Shown one piece after another: positions 43,501-53,180 of a DNA stretch of 64,000 nucleotides. Every line of letters starts with the position of its first letter. The first letter of the stretch is position 1. The notes below the pieces were generated by a model that had not been told where the DNA came from, did no database searches, and was given only the letters and a program-made list of their open reading frames with translations. This DNA comes from an uncultured Candidatus Saccharibacteria bacterium (lineage in GTDB: Bacteria; Patescibacteriota; Minisyncoccia; Sungbacterales; JACQCQ01). The stretch spans positions 3,088 through 67,087 of the forward strand of contig CAZBTX010000001.1 of NCBI GenBank assembly GCA_964494945.1, given 5' to 3'. A program made the position numbers and the translations under genes.

Positions 43501-46500
43501 TGACTGAAAGCATGGCATAAGGAGATGTCGTCCCGATGCCGACGTTGGCTCCGCTTCCGAGGATCAACGAGTTGGATTGAGTTACCACGGCGTTGTAACC
43601 GATGGCCGTCGCGTTGGTGAGGTTGGCGGAGGTAAGACCGAAGGTACTATCGTCTTGAGCGCCAATAAACGTATTGGTTGACCCCGTGGTATTGGCACGC
43701 CCGGCGTTTCTGCCGACCGCTACGTTATTGCCGGCGGTGGTATTTAGCAACGAGTATATGCCAATCGTAGTGTTCTGGATGCCGCTGATGTTATTAAACA
43801 GACTATCAAAACCAACAGCCGTATTTTCACTGCCACCGGTGTTTAGCTTCATCGCCTCAAATCCTACGGCGGTATTAGAACTATTAGTATTGCTCGTTAG
43901 TGCCGAGCTCCCTAAAGCCGTGTTATTACTGCCGGAAACATTGGCGGCAAGGGCTCTGTCGCCAACAGCCGTGTTGTCGTCCCCCGTAGTGTTTAAGGTA
44001 AGGGCGTTATAGCCAACGGCGGTGAGCGAGGTGGCCGCAGTGGTGAGCGAGGCAAGGGCATTAGTGCCAACCGCAGTATCTCTCTGGGAGTCCGTGTCCA
44101 TGGTCAAGTTCCCCGCGCTGACCCCAACAAAAGTGTTGTTAGTGCCGAAAGTATGCAGAAGCGTATTTGCAGCCGACTTGATAATGCCTACGGTGGCTGT
44201 GGTGGCCGGTAGCGTGATCGTTCCCGTTGCCGTGATATTAGCAACCGAGGTGATATTTCCGGAAATCAAGGCATTCCCCTGCACCGAGAGGGTTGTTGCC
44301 GGACTCGTCGTCCCGATGCCGACGTTGCCTGAGTTTTTTACTATGAACCTGTTCCCGTCGGTCCCATCATCACTGGATAGCATGAAAAGATCGGATGCTC
44401 CTGCTGATGCACTGACCTCCAAAAGCGCATCTGGATTTATGTCTCCGATGCCGATGTTGCCGCCCTCAAGAACAGAGAACACCTCGTCGTTCGTGCCTGC
44501 ATAAAATCTTGCCCTGTCGGCATCAAATCTTAACGTTGCCACTGTGGTGCCCCCGCCTTCAATACTCCACCCCGTACTTTGAGATATGAAACTGAGGCGT
44601 ATTTGCGCATCAGCGTTTGCTGAATCAAATGCTGTACAACTGGAAACGCCGCAATCAACACTCACTCTGCCACCGACAATATCCAGTTTTTGACTCGGAT
44701 TCGCCGTCCCAATTCCCACATTCCCGGAATTCAGAACCGTGAAGAGCGTCGTGGTCGCTGAAGCCGTTGACGAAGCGATGGTCAAGAGAGGTTGAGTGGA
44801 ATCGGTCGCAAGATTCGCGATGGAAAGTTTTGAATAAGGCGAGGTGGTGCCAATGCCGACGTTGCCAGAGTTTACAATCCGCATCGCCTCGGTGGCTCCG
44901 TTGTTGCCGACTAAGAATTTAATGAAGTCAGTGGTGCCAACGCCCGAGGTGGACTGTAAAGATAGTGAAGAGCCAACTGCGCTCCCGCCGATCAAAAGTG
45001 GGTCAATGATGGAGGTGCCGAAGTAGCCAGTTTTAATGAGATTGGTGGATTTTCCGATATCGGAGCCATTGTTGGCCTCCGGATAAAATCCGGATGAGTT
45101 GTCAATGTTCCAACGAGTGCTGCCCATGTTTTCAGATAACTGGAGAATTCCGCCACCCGCGCCGATGTTTAAGTTCTGCGTGCCTGGGCTTCCCGCTCTC
45201 TCAATGCCCAGAAAGTGACTGCCGTCGCTGTTTCTGGAGTTTATGCTGAACCGAACGTAGTTGGAGGCATTGGTGTAGGTTGAATATATATTCAGGCCCT
45301 GTTCTTGCGTGCCGTTTTGGAGCGCAACGCCTTTGACTAAGTTTCCTCCAGAGCTTGAGAATTGTTCCTTTTGCAAAAGCACATCCGCGGTTCCCGCGCC
45401 GTTGTCCCAGCCGATGATACTTGAGGAAGCCACGGTGAGCGCTTGGCTTGGATTAGAAATCCTAATCCCCACATTCCCGGAAGCATCCACAATGAAGGAG
45501 GTGGCGGTTGAGGAGCCAATGGCGAACGCGGTCTGGGTGGTTCCGGCCGGGGACTGAATGGAGAGCGTGGCAAAGGGCGAAGAAGTGCCAATACCCACTC
45601 TCCCGAAAGGCGAGGATGAAGTGTCCAAAGAAAGCAGAGGATTGGCGGCTGTGGTGCTTGTCGCCAGAGACCAGGCATTGACCGTCAGGTTGGGAATGGT
45701 GCTTGTCGCCCGATTGTTGTAGACAATGTTCCCGGAGTTGATGGAGAAAAGGTCTCCGATGGCATCACCCACATATAAAGAACCCTCCACCAGCAAAGAG
45801 GAGGCGGAAGTGGAGGCCACGGTGACTGAACCGGCCGAGGTCAGGGAATTGACATACACATCCCCCTCGGCATCCACCAGGAACTTGGTAGAGCCATTGA
45901 CCGCCAGACCCAGGAGATTGGTATCGGAGACGGCTGATGCGGGATTGATATACAGGGAAGAGTTGGACACCGCCGCATTGGCCACTCCCGTGGCCCAGGC
46001 GGGAAAGGTGTGGGGCGTTACGGGGACATAGGTAGCCACCACCTGGCCGGAACTGGTGGTGGTGGCCGAGACGGATAGAGTTCCGTTATTAGCCGAGAAC
46101 ACCCCGCCCACCGAGAGCGCCCCGTGGATCTGGGTGTCTCCCGATACTTCAAAGTTGCCGGAGGTGGTGGTGGAGACACCCACCCCCAAGCCCCCGGTGA
46201 GATATGTATGGCCGGATACGGAAAGAAGCTGGGAGGGTGAAGAAGTGCCGATGCCCACTTTATTCCCCCCAAAATCAACCACCAGAGTATCGGTGTCTAT
46301 GGTCAGTCCTCCCGCCATGGTGGAAGTGGAGGTGGTATCGGTCAGGGTCAATTTAGAGGCGGTAACTCCTGCTGTTACCGTGAGCGACCCCGTGCTCACC
46401 ATAAGATCACCGGTTCTCACGGTGGCGCCGTTATAAATGTCCAGGGAGTCCAGCTTGTCTATTCTCTGCGAGACGGTCACCATCTGGAGGGAAGAGCCGG

Positions 46501-47617
46501 CCACGCGGGAAGTATTATTCAAGTCCCCCCGCACGGTGAAGAGGTCATGGGAGAGGGAGGCCAGTTCCACTCTGATTTTGTTGTTTTCCTGCTGAAAGAG
46601 TTGAGAGAGCTCTTGCTTAAGACCGGCGGTGTCCGTTATGACCAGTTGTCTTTCTATGATGGTGGAGGGTTGCTCTTGCTTTTCGGCAGATGCGGCTGGT
46701 TTCTCCGGCTCTTGGCCGTTTAGCGTAAATTCAACTGTTCCCGATGGCAGGGTCAGCGGCTCGCGAATTCTAGAGCCCAAAAGCAAATTGGAGAAGAAAG
46801 GCCGGATGTTCTTGAAGAGTCCCGCGATGTTGCCTTCGCTTTGGATGATACGCGCGACATTCTGCCCGGTGTCTTGGGTGGCGGTGAGGCCGGATTGATA
46901 GAAATTCAGGGAGGCCTCGGTTAGAGAATTTCCCAGCGAATCAATTAGGTTGCTTTTTAAAGCGGCGGGATTTTTAAAATAGCCGCCAAGGCCGGTTAGA
47001 ATGAGATTTGCCGTATCCGGCGTGCCCGAAGTGATATCGGAGATGCTTAGCCGATTTTGGGTTTCAGCCGGTAAAATTTGGCGATGGGATGTTGAAACAG
47101 CTAAAGAACGCAAGTGCTCCCCGGCGTCTTTTGCCAATTGAGCCAGGTCTGCTCGGGCATTGAACCCAATCCCGATAGCCGCCGCCAGCAGAATTAGCGC
47201 GCCAACCAGCTTAAAATTTGATACGTATCTTAATCTATCTAAATATTCAGTTAAATCGTATCTTTTTTCACTTTTAAGAATATGTTCTTTAATTCTATCG
47301 TCATTAAGTATTGCCAGCAGGTTCTCCTTTTTAACAGCCAACAGCGTTTCCGAAGGTCTGTAATATTTTTTAGCTTCTCTTCCGTCACGAGCAGTTAAAA
47401 TTTGGCTCCCAGCCGGTTCCGCGGGCTCAATATAGGCCCCTTTTGCCTTTTTCTTACGCCCGGAGAGGTAATCAAGTAGATCTTTTTCCGCAACGAACCA
47501 GTCGCGACCAACTTTCACTCCCCTTAACGATTTGCGGTTGATAAGAACTCTTAAATAATCCTGGTGAACACCGGAAAATTTTGCCGCCGCTTTGAGTCCG
47601 ATCAATTTTTGCTCCAT
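40550..47617 (-). CDS. Giant membrane-anchored fibre/adhesin-like protein (N-terminal HTH, TM, GNVGIG-linked modules, tailspike-chaperone-like C-terminus)
   Basis: Excisionase-like HTH, TM at about aa 136-153, about 11 GNVGIGT-type motifs, NTAVG..AL beta-roll repeats, ADYAE and VALNGRVPVKV...IKIGDRITSS. Confidence 0.8.
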   Translation of the reverse strand: MEQKLIGLKAAAKFSGVHQDYLRVLINRKSLRGVKVGRDWFVAEKDLLDYLSGRKKKAKGAYIEPAEPAGSQILTARDGREAKKYYRPSETLLAVKKENLLAILNDDRIKEHILKSEKRYDLTEYLDRLRYVSNFKLVGALILLAAAIGIGFNARADLAQLAKDAGEHLRSLAVSTSHRQILPAETQNRLSISDITSGTPDTANLILTGLGGYFKNPAALKSNLIDSLGNSLTEASLNFYQSGLTATQDTGQNVARIIQSEGNIAGLFKNIRPFFSNLLLGSRIREPLTLPSGTVEFTLNGQEPEKPAASAEKQEQPSTIIERQLVITDTAGLKQELSQLFQQENNKIRVELASLSHDLFTVRGDLNNTSRVAGSSLQMVTVSQRIDKLDSLDIYNGATVRTGDLMVSTGSLTVTAGVTASKLTLTDTTSTSTMAGGLTIDTDTLVVDFGGNKVGIGTSSPSQLLSVSGHTYLTGGLGVGVSTTTSGNFEVSGDTQIHGALSVGGVFSANNGTLSVSATTTSSGQVVATYVPVTPHTFPAWATGVANAAVSNSSLYINPASAVSDTNLLGLAVNGSTKFLVDAEGDVYVNSLTSAGSVTVASTSASSLLVEGSLYVGDAIGDLFSINSGNIVYNNRATSTIPNLTVNAWSLATSTTAANPLLSLDTSSSPFGRVGIGTSSPFATLSIQSPAGTTQTAFAIGSSTATSFIVDASGNVGIRISNPSQALTVASSSIIGWDNGAGTADVLLQKEQFSSSGGNLVKGVALQNGTQEQGLNIYSTYTNASNYVRFSINSRNSDGSHFLGIERAGSPGTQNLNIGAGGGILQLSENMGSTRWNIDNSSGFYPEANNGSDIGKSTNLIKTGYFGTSIIDPLLIGGSAVGSSLSLQSTSGVGTTDFIKFLVGNNGATEAMRIVNSGNVGIGTTSPYSKLSIANLATDSTQPLLTIASSTASATTTLFTVLNSGNVGIGTANPSQKLDIVGGRVSVDCGVSSCTAFDSANADAQIRLSFISQSTGWSIEGGGTTVATLRFDADRARFYAGTNDEVFSVLEGGNIGIGDINPDALLEVSASAGASDLFMLSSDDGTDGNRFIVKNSGNVGIGTTSPATTLSVQGNALISGNITSVANITATGTITLPATTATVGIIKSAANTLLHTFGTNNTFVGVSAGNLTMDTDSQRDTAVGTNALASLTTAATSLTAVGYNALTLNTTGDDNTAVGDRALAANVSGSNNTALGSSALTSNTNSSNTAVGFEAMKLNTGGSENTAVGFDSLFNNISGIQNTTIGIYSLLNTTAGNNVAVGRNAGRANTTGSTNTFIGAQDDSTFGLTSANLTNATAIGYNAVVTQSNSLILGSGANVGIGTTSPYAMLSVTGQIVSNNFSATSTTATSTIATGGFTVGTNQFVVQQTSGNVGIGTTNPASGLHILKAAGSGTADVQIGGTARIGPGHDGKLEIQGATTGIVMNNTNATADNKIWDFGPGMLTAGEFDFRALNDSLATANSWLNVKRSGATISSVNFPNGNVGIGTTSPGSKLSVVGNGIFGSGDAADASLITTSPYGSGNSFFSVLDATNDYGILRLGNLTADADADNVGVISFHADAQSGGTFSKEVARISSNLSGTTATKRGGILAFFTRADNANISTERMRIRSDGRILVGTSAAGDTGSATFNISSSTIATGASYYDDNNTELNLLSDSNVVGAGSKIKFRAAGNGNPAALIGLMREAVGGTAGSLTFFTQNSASTMAEKMRIDGSGNVGIGTTSPFGVLAVSGSGMSSLDSSTPQLNIRNQDATNSVGLRFSNKASRDWIVGVQDTGLFQIRDITAAAYRMTIDTDGILTVNTAGPTLQLPNADQQIFLGVVPSDPGWTIPALVIGNSSAGRTLSLTNIGSVDGGLGANIYYDGSWRYKITNPAQQIYYSGADITLRTAPSGTAGDAITWTNGLIVDANAASNPVQAMLDDEISNVAMCYSGAELSADALRGIGDCTSGGADYAELYPVEQGIEYGEIVALGDGSKMIETYASDEKGSASSTLPHLGYVSELKRSTTAYQSNLLGITSNNYSDFTSAGKNLPETINKLPVALNGRVPVKVSTESGPIKIGDRITSSSLAGVGMKATVSGVTVGIALENFDDSTVGSPTSNTAEVGLPDGQTVKTGKILVFINLGYSKLDEGTTQLAANSEQGIATNGWSVDQTTGKVNVNFYGDVNLNGNALLGVGQIVSQNGLWKIDETGRMTMKYIETDHLTVGSTEAPTGITLFDRATKAAYCVFIERGAVSTISGNCDGLPPISDVSPIASFTPTDTASTTPTADSTDTTITTPTTTLTPEGVGAPNASVGADAASTTDTASSTTATASSTPSS

Positions 47618-47954
47618 CTAACGCGCACTGATACGTAAACGTATCTTTGATACGCATCTTCATCATACATCTGTATGAAAAAATTTTTCTTGTGGATAAG
47701 TTTATTTTTACAAAATTTATTTTTAATAAATTGTTCATAAGTTTAAGTTCTCATTGCTTATATTACCCAATATGATAATGGGATTAACCGGCAAGATAAC
47801 TCGTCATACTTATTTATTAGAAAGTCATTTGATTACTCATTAAAACAAAAGAGTTTTTCAATGCATTGCTATAGCATTAAATTGAAAAAACGCTTTATTC
47901 TAATAAGCGCGATTGAGTAAGCCGTATTGGCGGCTTAAATTAGCTTAAGTCACC

Positions 47955-48545
47955 TTATCCTCTTAAACTGAAGAATTTTTTAGCCGCATTTTCCTCCGTG
48001 CCCAGGGACCTTACTTCAAGGCAGTTGACTCCCCCATCAAGGCCGAAAACCTCGCAAATGAATTCAATTTCATCTTCGCAGGGCAGGAAATGCGCGAAGA
48101 CACTTTTTTGGAGTTTATAAAAATTCATGTCATTTAATTTTTTGGACAGGGCGTCGCGCGCCTGTTTTTTATTTTCAGGAATATCAAACATCACTACGCG
48201 CCAGAGGCCGTCCCAGCGCGGTGTATTTTTTAATTTGAGATTCTCTAGATTATATTGGCGCAACCTTTTCTCTCCGGTTGCCGTTAGACGCAACAATGTT
48301 TTGTTGCCGGAATTTTCATGTTCCAAAAACTTTTGCCGGCGCAGGCGTTCAATCGCCACACGAATGCTGTTTTTTCGTTTTCTGCCAATGCCAATTTTTT
48401 CCAGCCGCGGGAGAAAAAGATCACTGATGGAAGCGTCTCTTCGCGAAGAAAACGCGGCGGGGCGGTCGCGCAAAATAGAAAGTATTTCTTTGGCGATAGT
48501 CCCCTTTTTTAAATTTTCCCCGCGCTCAACAGCGATTTTGGGCAT
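47955..48545 (-). CDS. PaaX-like regulator (winged helix plus Cas2-like ferredoxin domain)
   Basis: LRLTATG; WDGLWRVVMFDIPE...R..L....FYKLQKSVF. Confidence 0.85.
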   Translation of the reverse strand: MPKIAVERGENLKKGTIAKEILSILRDRPAAFSSRRDASISDLFLPRLEKIGIGRKRKNSIRVAIERLRRQKFLEHENSGNKTLLRLTATGEKRLRQYNLENLKLKNTPRWDGLWRVVMFDIPENKKQARDALSKKLNDMNFYKLQKSVFAHFLPCEDEIEFICEVFGLDGGVNCLEVRSLGTEENAAKKFFSLRG

Positions 48546-48574
48546 ATTGTTTTAAGCATAGAATTAAGTAATTA

Positions 48575-48612
48575 AATACACAATGGCTCGCTATAGCGAG
48601 CCATTGTGTATT
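48575..48612. promoter_or_regulatory. 38-bp perfect palindrome upstream of the PaaX-like gene (operator and/or dnaJ terminator)
   Basis: AATACACAATGGCTCGCTA|TAGCGAGCCATTGTGTATT. Confidence 0.65.
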
Positions 48613-48651
48613 AGATGTGGATGAAACGGGGGTTACCCGCGCGATTTGGCC

Positions 48652-49758
48652 TTACAGTCCTTCCATTCTTAATTTTTCCATGAGTTCTCGGAGTTGTTTT
48701 GATATCCTGCGCGGTATTTCCACTTTGATTTCCACCAGTAGGTCCCCGTGCTGATAACCGCGGGCTTCCGGCACGCCCTTGCCTCTGACTCTTAAAATAT
48801 CTCCCGATTGGGTGCCTTCCGGGATTTTTAAATTAATTTCCCCTTCCAGTGTTTGAACGGCAACGGTACTCCCCAGTATGGCTTGCGATATTTTAACCGG
48901 TAGTTTCATAACAAGGTCATCCCCTTGCCGGCTGAAGACCCTATGCGGCGTGACTTTGAGCCGAATATAAAGGTCGCCCGGCGTTCCGGTCGGATCGGAT
49001 ATATCCCCCTTACCGGTCAATTTAATACTCTCATCCGGCCGTATGCCCTTAGGGATAATAAGCTCCAGCGTTTCTTCCTTTTTCTGTGCACCCTTACCGG
49101 AGCAGGTAGTGCATGGTTTTGACGGTATTTCTCCTTTACCGCGGCAGGCAGGGCAGGTTTCCACACGAGTTATTGAGCCGAGAAAAGTTCGCTCGTTATG
49201 CTGGATATTGCCTTTGCCGCCGCAGGTATTGCAGGTTATGGTCTTGGCCCCAGGTTCGCCCCCCATCCCCCCGCAATGAGTACAGCGTACAACCCGCCTT
49301 AGAGCTATGCTTTCTTTTCCACCCAGAATACTTTCCTCAAATGGTATGGTTAGCTCCACGACAATATCTTTACCACGCTTTTTCTTGGATCCACGGTTTG
49401 CACTAAAGCCAAACACACCCTCTAAAATGTCGCCTATATCAAAGTCAGTTGAACTGTTTTCTCCAAAGTCAAACTTAATGCCGCCAGTTTGTCCGTGCGC
49501 CTTGAAAATATCTCCCCAATCAAACCCGCCGCCAAATCCTCCCCCGGAATTAAACGCTTGGCCGAAGTTATCATATTGTTGACGCTTTTTTTCATCACCC
49601 AATACTTGGTAGGCCTCATTGATCTCTTTGAATTTTGCGTCGTCTCCCCCGCCTTTGTCGGGATGATACTGATGTGCCAGTTTGCGGTAGGCCTTCTTGA
49701 TCTCTTCTTGAGAGGCGTTTTTGGGTATTCCCAGAACTGAATAAAAATCTTTTGGCAT
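48652..49758 (-). CDS. dnaJ: Chaperone DnaJ
   Basis: J domain with HPD, G/F region, four CxxCxGxG. Confidence 0.97.
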   Translation of the reverse strand: MPKDFYSVLGIPKNASQEEIKKAYRKLAHQYHPDKGGGDDAKFKEINEAYQVLGDEKKRQQYDNFGQAFNSGGGFGGGFDWGDIFKAHGQTGGIKFDFGENSSTDFDIGDILEGVFGFSANRGSKKKRGKDIVVELTIPFEESILGGKESIALRRVVRCTHCGGMGGEPGAKTITCNTCGGKGNIQHNERTFLGSITRVETCPACRGKGEIPSKPCTTCSGKGAQKKEETLELIIPKGIRPDESIKLTGKGDISDPTGTPGDLYIRLKVTPHRVFSRQGDDLVMKLPVKISQAILGSTVAVQTLEGEINLKIPEGTQSGDILRVRGKGVPEARGYQHGDLLVEIKVEIPRRISKQLRELMEKLRMEGL

Positions 49759-49818
49759 GAAGTTAGACGAATGTCTAATTAACCTAATTATTCTAATCAA
49801 TACTCAATGTTTGAATGT

Positions 49819-50199
49819 CTAATGACCAATTTTCTTCTTCCTAAGGTTTCTGGTAATACTGTTAAATATCAAATTCAATTCCTTTGCTTCTTGCCAAAGT
49901 TTTCTAGCTTCTTCTCTCGGTTCGGGAACAGCAATTGCTGTCATTCGTAGCCAATGCTTTGTTTCTCTCGCTTCTTTTTTACAAATGCCAATTTTGTGTT
50001 TGAAGTCCCGGCCCGATTCGGCGTCATCGGCTTCGCAATAATTAGCTCCCACACTTGTCCCAGATTTTACTAACTGGTTAATGATCGGCAGAGTTATCGG
50101 ATTCATTGGTAATTTCTTGGCAAATTTAATGATATCTTCACCAAATTTAGCCGTTCTTTCCTCAAGATCATATTTATTTTTGACCGTATCATTGGTCAT
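49819..50199 (-). CDS. Four-helix-bundle protein (23S rRNA IVS protein / Avd-like family)
   Basis: YDLEERT...QLVKSGTSVGANYCEA..AES..DF.HK..I..KEARETKHWL. Confidence 0.9.
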   Translation of the reverse strand: MTNDTVKNKYDLEERTAKFGEDIIKFAKKLPMNPITLPIINQLVKSGTSVGANYCEADDAESGRDFKHKIGICKKEARETKHWLRMTAIAVPEPREEARKLWQEAKELNLIFNSITRNLRKKKIGH

Positions 50200-50243
50200 T
50201 GGGGCTTGATTAGGATAATTAGAAATTAGGTTAATTAGTCATT

Positions 50244-51167
50244 TTACAAGGAGTACTTAGTGGCAGGAACACTGGAGGCCGATTCTTGGATGACGCCAGT
50301 TTTTCTCCCAAGCGTAAAAAGTAGAGAAGCTATCAGCAATGTCAGCCAATATATGGGAAGAAATATTCCTTTAACGGTCAAAAATACGGCAATGGTATAA
50401 ATCAGCGGCATATATGCTTCATAGGGCTTGGTAAATTCAGCCGATTTGCGGCCTATAAGGTCATAGAAAACGTCTCCCAGGCGTTCCCCGCCGCCCAAAT
50501 GAGTTCCGAGTTGCTGGGAAAGATTATTTCTGGCCTCGGCCAAAAATGAATTTATTTTTGCCGGAGGAAGCGATTTTATGTCTATACCCGGCCCTATTTC
50601 TGGCTTGGTAATATCTAACAAAAGCTCATTTACTGTCCTATCCTTATCCAATGAGATACCCGCGGAAATTACACCAGCAAGTCCCTTAGCGATGTATGGG
50701 AATGAAATGTCAAATACGGAACGCGGCAGAATGACCACATTTTCTTTTTGCGCGCTGGTGGTGTAGTAAAATAACGCCGCTAAGATAGCCATGCCGGTAA
50801 ATAGCGACGGCAGGCCGGAGCGCAGTATTCTTCTTACTCCAAAAAGGAAGGTAAAATCGCGCTGTTTGGATATCTCCCACCATCCAAGCGCCGCGGATAT
50901 AAAGCCCGCGAATACCCAAGCGTATGTCCACTGGTTCAACGGCAGAAAATAAAATGAGGCCGCGAAGGGAATTCCAAGGCCAAGCCATTTCCAATAAAGT
51001 GAGTTCATCAAAATAGCTCCCAAGCCGTAACAAACGGCGAAGACCAGGATCAGTCCAAGAGTACTTAGCGAGAAAAGTCCTTGCTTATTGCCCGCCCAGA
51101 GTGCGCCCAAGCCCAATAACGCCGTTAATGCCGCAAGTCCCGCTTCCTTATAATAGGTGCTTATCAT
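50244..51167 (-). CDS. Multi-pass membrane protein, hypothetical
   Basis: Several TM segments; overlaps the dnaK stop. Confidence 0.75.
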   Translation of the reverse strand: MISTYYKEAGLAALTALLGLGALWAGNKQGLFSLSTLGLILVFAVCYGLGAILMNSLYWKWLGLGIPFAASFYFLPLNQWTYAWVFAGFISAALGWWEISKQRDFTFLFGVRRILRSGLPSLFTGMAILAALFYYTTSAQKENVVILPRSVFDISFPYIAKGLAGVISAGISLDKDRTVNELLLDITKPEIGPGIDIKSLPPAKINSFLAEARNNLSQQLGTHLGGGERLGDVFYDLIGRKSAEFTKPYEAYMPLIYTIAVFLTVKGIFLPIYWLTLLIASLLFTLGRKTGVIQESASSVPATKYSL

Positions 51168-53050
51168 TTTTTATCATTATCGTTTTCTTTCGGCTTCTCT
51201 TCAAACTCCGCTTCTTTGGTACCCGATGGGGTATCTTTATTTTCTTGATTGGCTTTATATAAGATTTCCCCAATTTTTTGGAGTGCCATTGATAGAGATT
51301 GCGAGCTTTTTTCTATCTCCGATTTTCCGTCGGTTTCTTTAGCTTTTTTTAACTCGGCAATTTTGCTCTCAATATCGGCTTTTACTTCGGCTGGAACTTT
51401 ATCGCCAGCATCACGGAGCGCTTTTTCGGAGGTGTAGATAAGCGCGTCTGCCGCGTTTTTTACTTCAATTTCTTCTTTCTTTTGCTTATCTTCAGCCGCG
51501 TGCAACTCCGCGTCTTTCTTCATTTTTTCTATTTCTTCCTTGGAAAGCGAAGATGAGGCCTCAATTCTTACCGATTGCTCTTTAGAAGTCGCTTTATCTT
51601 TGGCCTTGACCGAAAGAATGCCGTTGGCGTCAATGTCAAACGTTACTTCCACTTGCGGCATACCGCGGGGTGAAGGCGGAATACCGTCCAAAACGAACCG
51701 CGCCAGGGTCTTGTTATCATGCGCCATTTCGCGCTCGCCCTGTAAAACATGAATTTCCACCTGCGTTTGGTTGTCGGCGGCGGTTGAAAAGATCTGTGAT
51801 TTGGCGGTCGGGACCGTGGTGTTCCTTTCTATGATCTTGGTGAACACACCACCCAGCGTTTCGATGCCGAGCGACAGGGGCGTTACGTCAAGCAGTAAAA
51901 TGTCTTTTACGTCGCCCTGCATGATACCGGCCTGAATGGCGGCGCCCATCGCCACAACCTCATCGGGGTTTATGGTTTTGTTCGGTTCTTTGCCGAAGAG
52001 GTCTTTAACGGCGTTTTGTATGGCCGGCATTCTGGTCTGCCCCCCGACCATGATTATTTCGTTGATGGTTGATAATTGGAATCCGGCAGCTGATACGGCG
52101 CGCTTAGTAATTTCAATTGAGCGGTCAATGTCGGGCTTGACCAAGGCCTCAAGTGTGGCGCGCGAGAATTTCATAGCCAGGTGTTTAGGCCCGGAAGCGT
52201 CAGAAGTGATGAAGGGAATATTTATCTCGGTCTGTAACGTGGAAGAAAGCTCGTGCTTGGCTTTTTCGGCAGATTCTTTCAGCCGCTGCAGTGCCAAGAT
52301 GTCTTTGGAAATATCAATGCCCTGGTCTTTCTTAAATTCAGTGATTATCCAATTTATTATCTTTTGGTCAAAATCATCACCGCCCAAATGCGTGTCGCCG
52401 TCGGTGGATTTCACTTCAATCGTATCGTCGCCGATCTCAAGCACCGAGATGTCAAATGTTCCTCCGCCGAAATCGTAAACTACGATCTTTTCATCTTTCT
52501 TTTTATTCAAGCCATAAGCCAGGGCCGCGGCCGTGGGCTCATTAATGATGCGTTTGACCGCAAATCCCGCGATCTCTCCGGCCGCTTGCGTGGCCTTTCT
52601 TTGGGAATCGTCAAAATAAGCCGGCACCGTAATAACGGCTTCGGTGATCTTTTGTCCCAGGCGCTCTTCAGTGTCGTGTTTTATTTTTTGAAGGATCATG
52701 GCGGAAATCTCTTCGGGTCTAACCCATTTATCCCCCATCTTGGCCTCAACTCCGCCATTAGCCGATTGACGAAGTTCATAGGGCAGAAGTTTTAGGTCTT
52801 TTTGCACTTCTGCATCAGCAAACTTGCGGCCAATCAGGCGCTTAATGGAATAGAATGTGTTTTGCGGATTGGTAACCGCCTGGCGTTTGGCCAAAAGCCC
52901 GACCAATCTATCCCCCGCCTTAGAGAGCGCCACCACTGATGGCGTGGTGCGATTGCCCTCTTTGTTCTCAATGATTTTGGGCTCACTCGCTTCTACGACA
53001 GCTACAGCTGAATTGGTGGTACCGAGGTCTATGCCGATGATTTTAGACAT
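51164..53050 (-). CDS. dnaK: Chaperone DnaK
   Basis: [30 protein letters not shown]. Confidence 0.99.
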   Translation of the reverse strand: MSKIIGIDLGTTNSAVAVVEASEPKIIENKEGNRTTPSVVALSKAGDRLVGLLAKRQAVTNPQNTFYSIKRLIGRKFADAEVQKDLKLLPYELRQSANGGVEAKMGDKWVRPEEISAMILQKIKHDTEERLGQKITEAVITVPAYFDDSQRKATQAAGEIAGFAVKRIINEPTAAALAYGLNKKKDEKIVVYDFGGGTFDISVLEIGDDTIEVKSTDGDTHLGGDDFDQKIINWIITEFKKDQGIDISKDILALQRLKESAEKAKHELSSTLQTEINIPFITSDASGPKHLAMKFSRATLEALVKPDIDRSIEITKRAVSAAGFQLSTINEIIMVGGQTRMPAIQNAVKDLFGKEPNKTINPDEVVAMGAAIQAGIMQGDVKDILLLDVTPLSLGIETLGGVFTKIIERNTTVPTAKSQIFSTAADNQTQVEIHVLQGEREMAHDNKTLARFVLDGIPPSPRGMPQVEVTFDIDANGILSVKAKDKATSKEQSVRIEASSSLSKEEIEKMKKDAELHAAEDKQKKEEIEVKNAADALIYTSEKALRDAGDKVPAEVKADIESKIAELKKAKETDGKSEIEKSSQSLSMALQKIGEILYKANQENKDTPSGTKEAEFEEKPKENDNDKK

Positions 53051-53054
53051 AATA

Positions 53055-53180
53055 TCAATTAATTTTTAATTTCTAATTACTAATTTCTAATCAAACTTAA
53101 ATATCTAATGACCAACTTAAAGATTTAAAAATTTGGGAATTAATCATTGATTAGGAATTAGGGATTAGATATTGGACATT
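53055..53180. repeat. AT-rich CTAAT/ATTAG inverted-repeat element overlapping the grpE stop
   Basis: AATTTCTAATTACTAATTTCTAATCAAA...TTGATTAGGAATTAGGGATTAG. Confidence 0.7.

Noticed and set aside
37754-48545. CRISPR-Cas locus (Cas4-like nuclease, Cas2-like domain)
   Set aside because: No repeat-spacer array or cas1 seen; the genes are about 9 kb apart and fit stand-alone PD-(D/E)XK and PaaX-like families.
49819-50199. Diversity-generating retroelement (Avd-like gene)
   Set aside because: No reverse transcriptase and no TR/VR pair with adenine-specific mismatches seen in the window.
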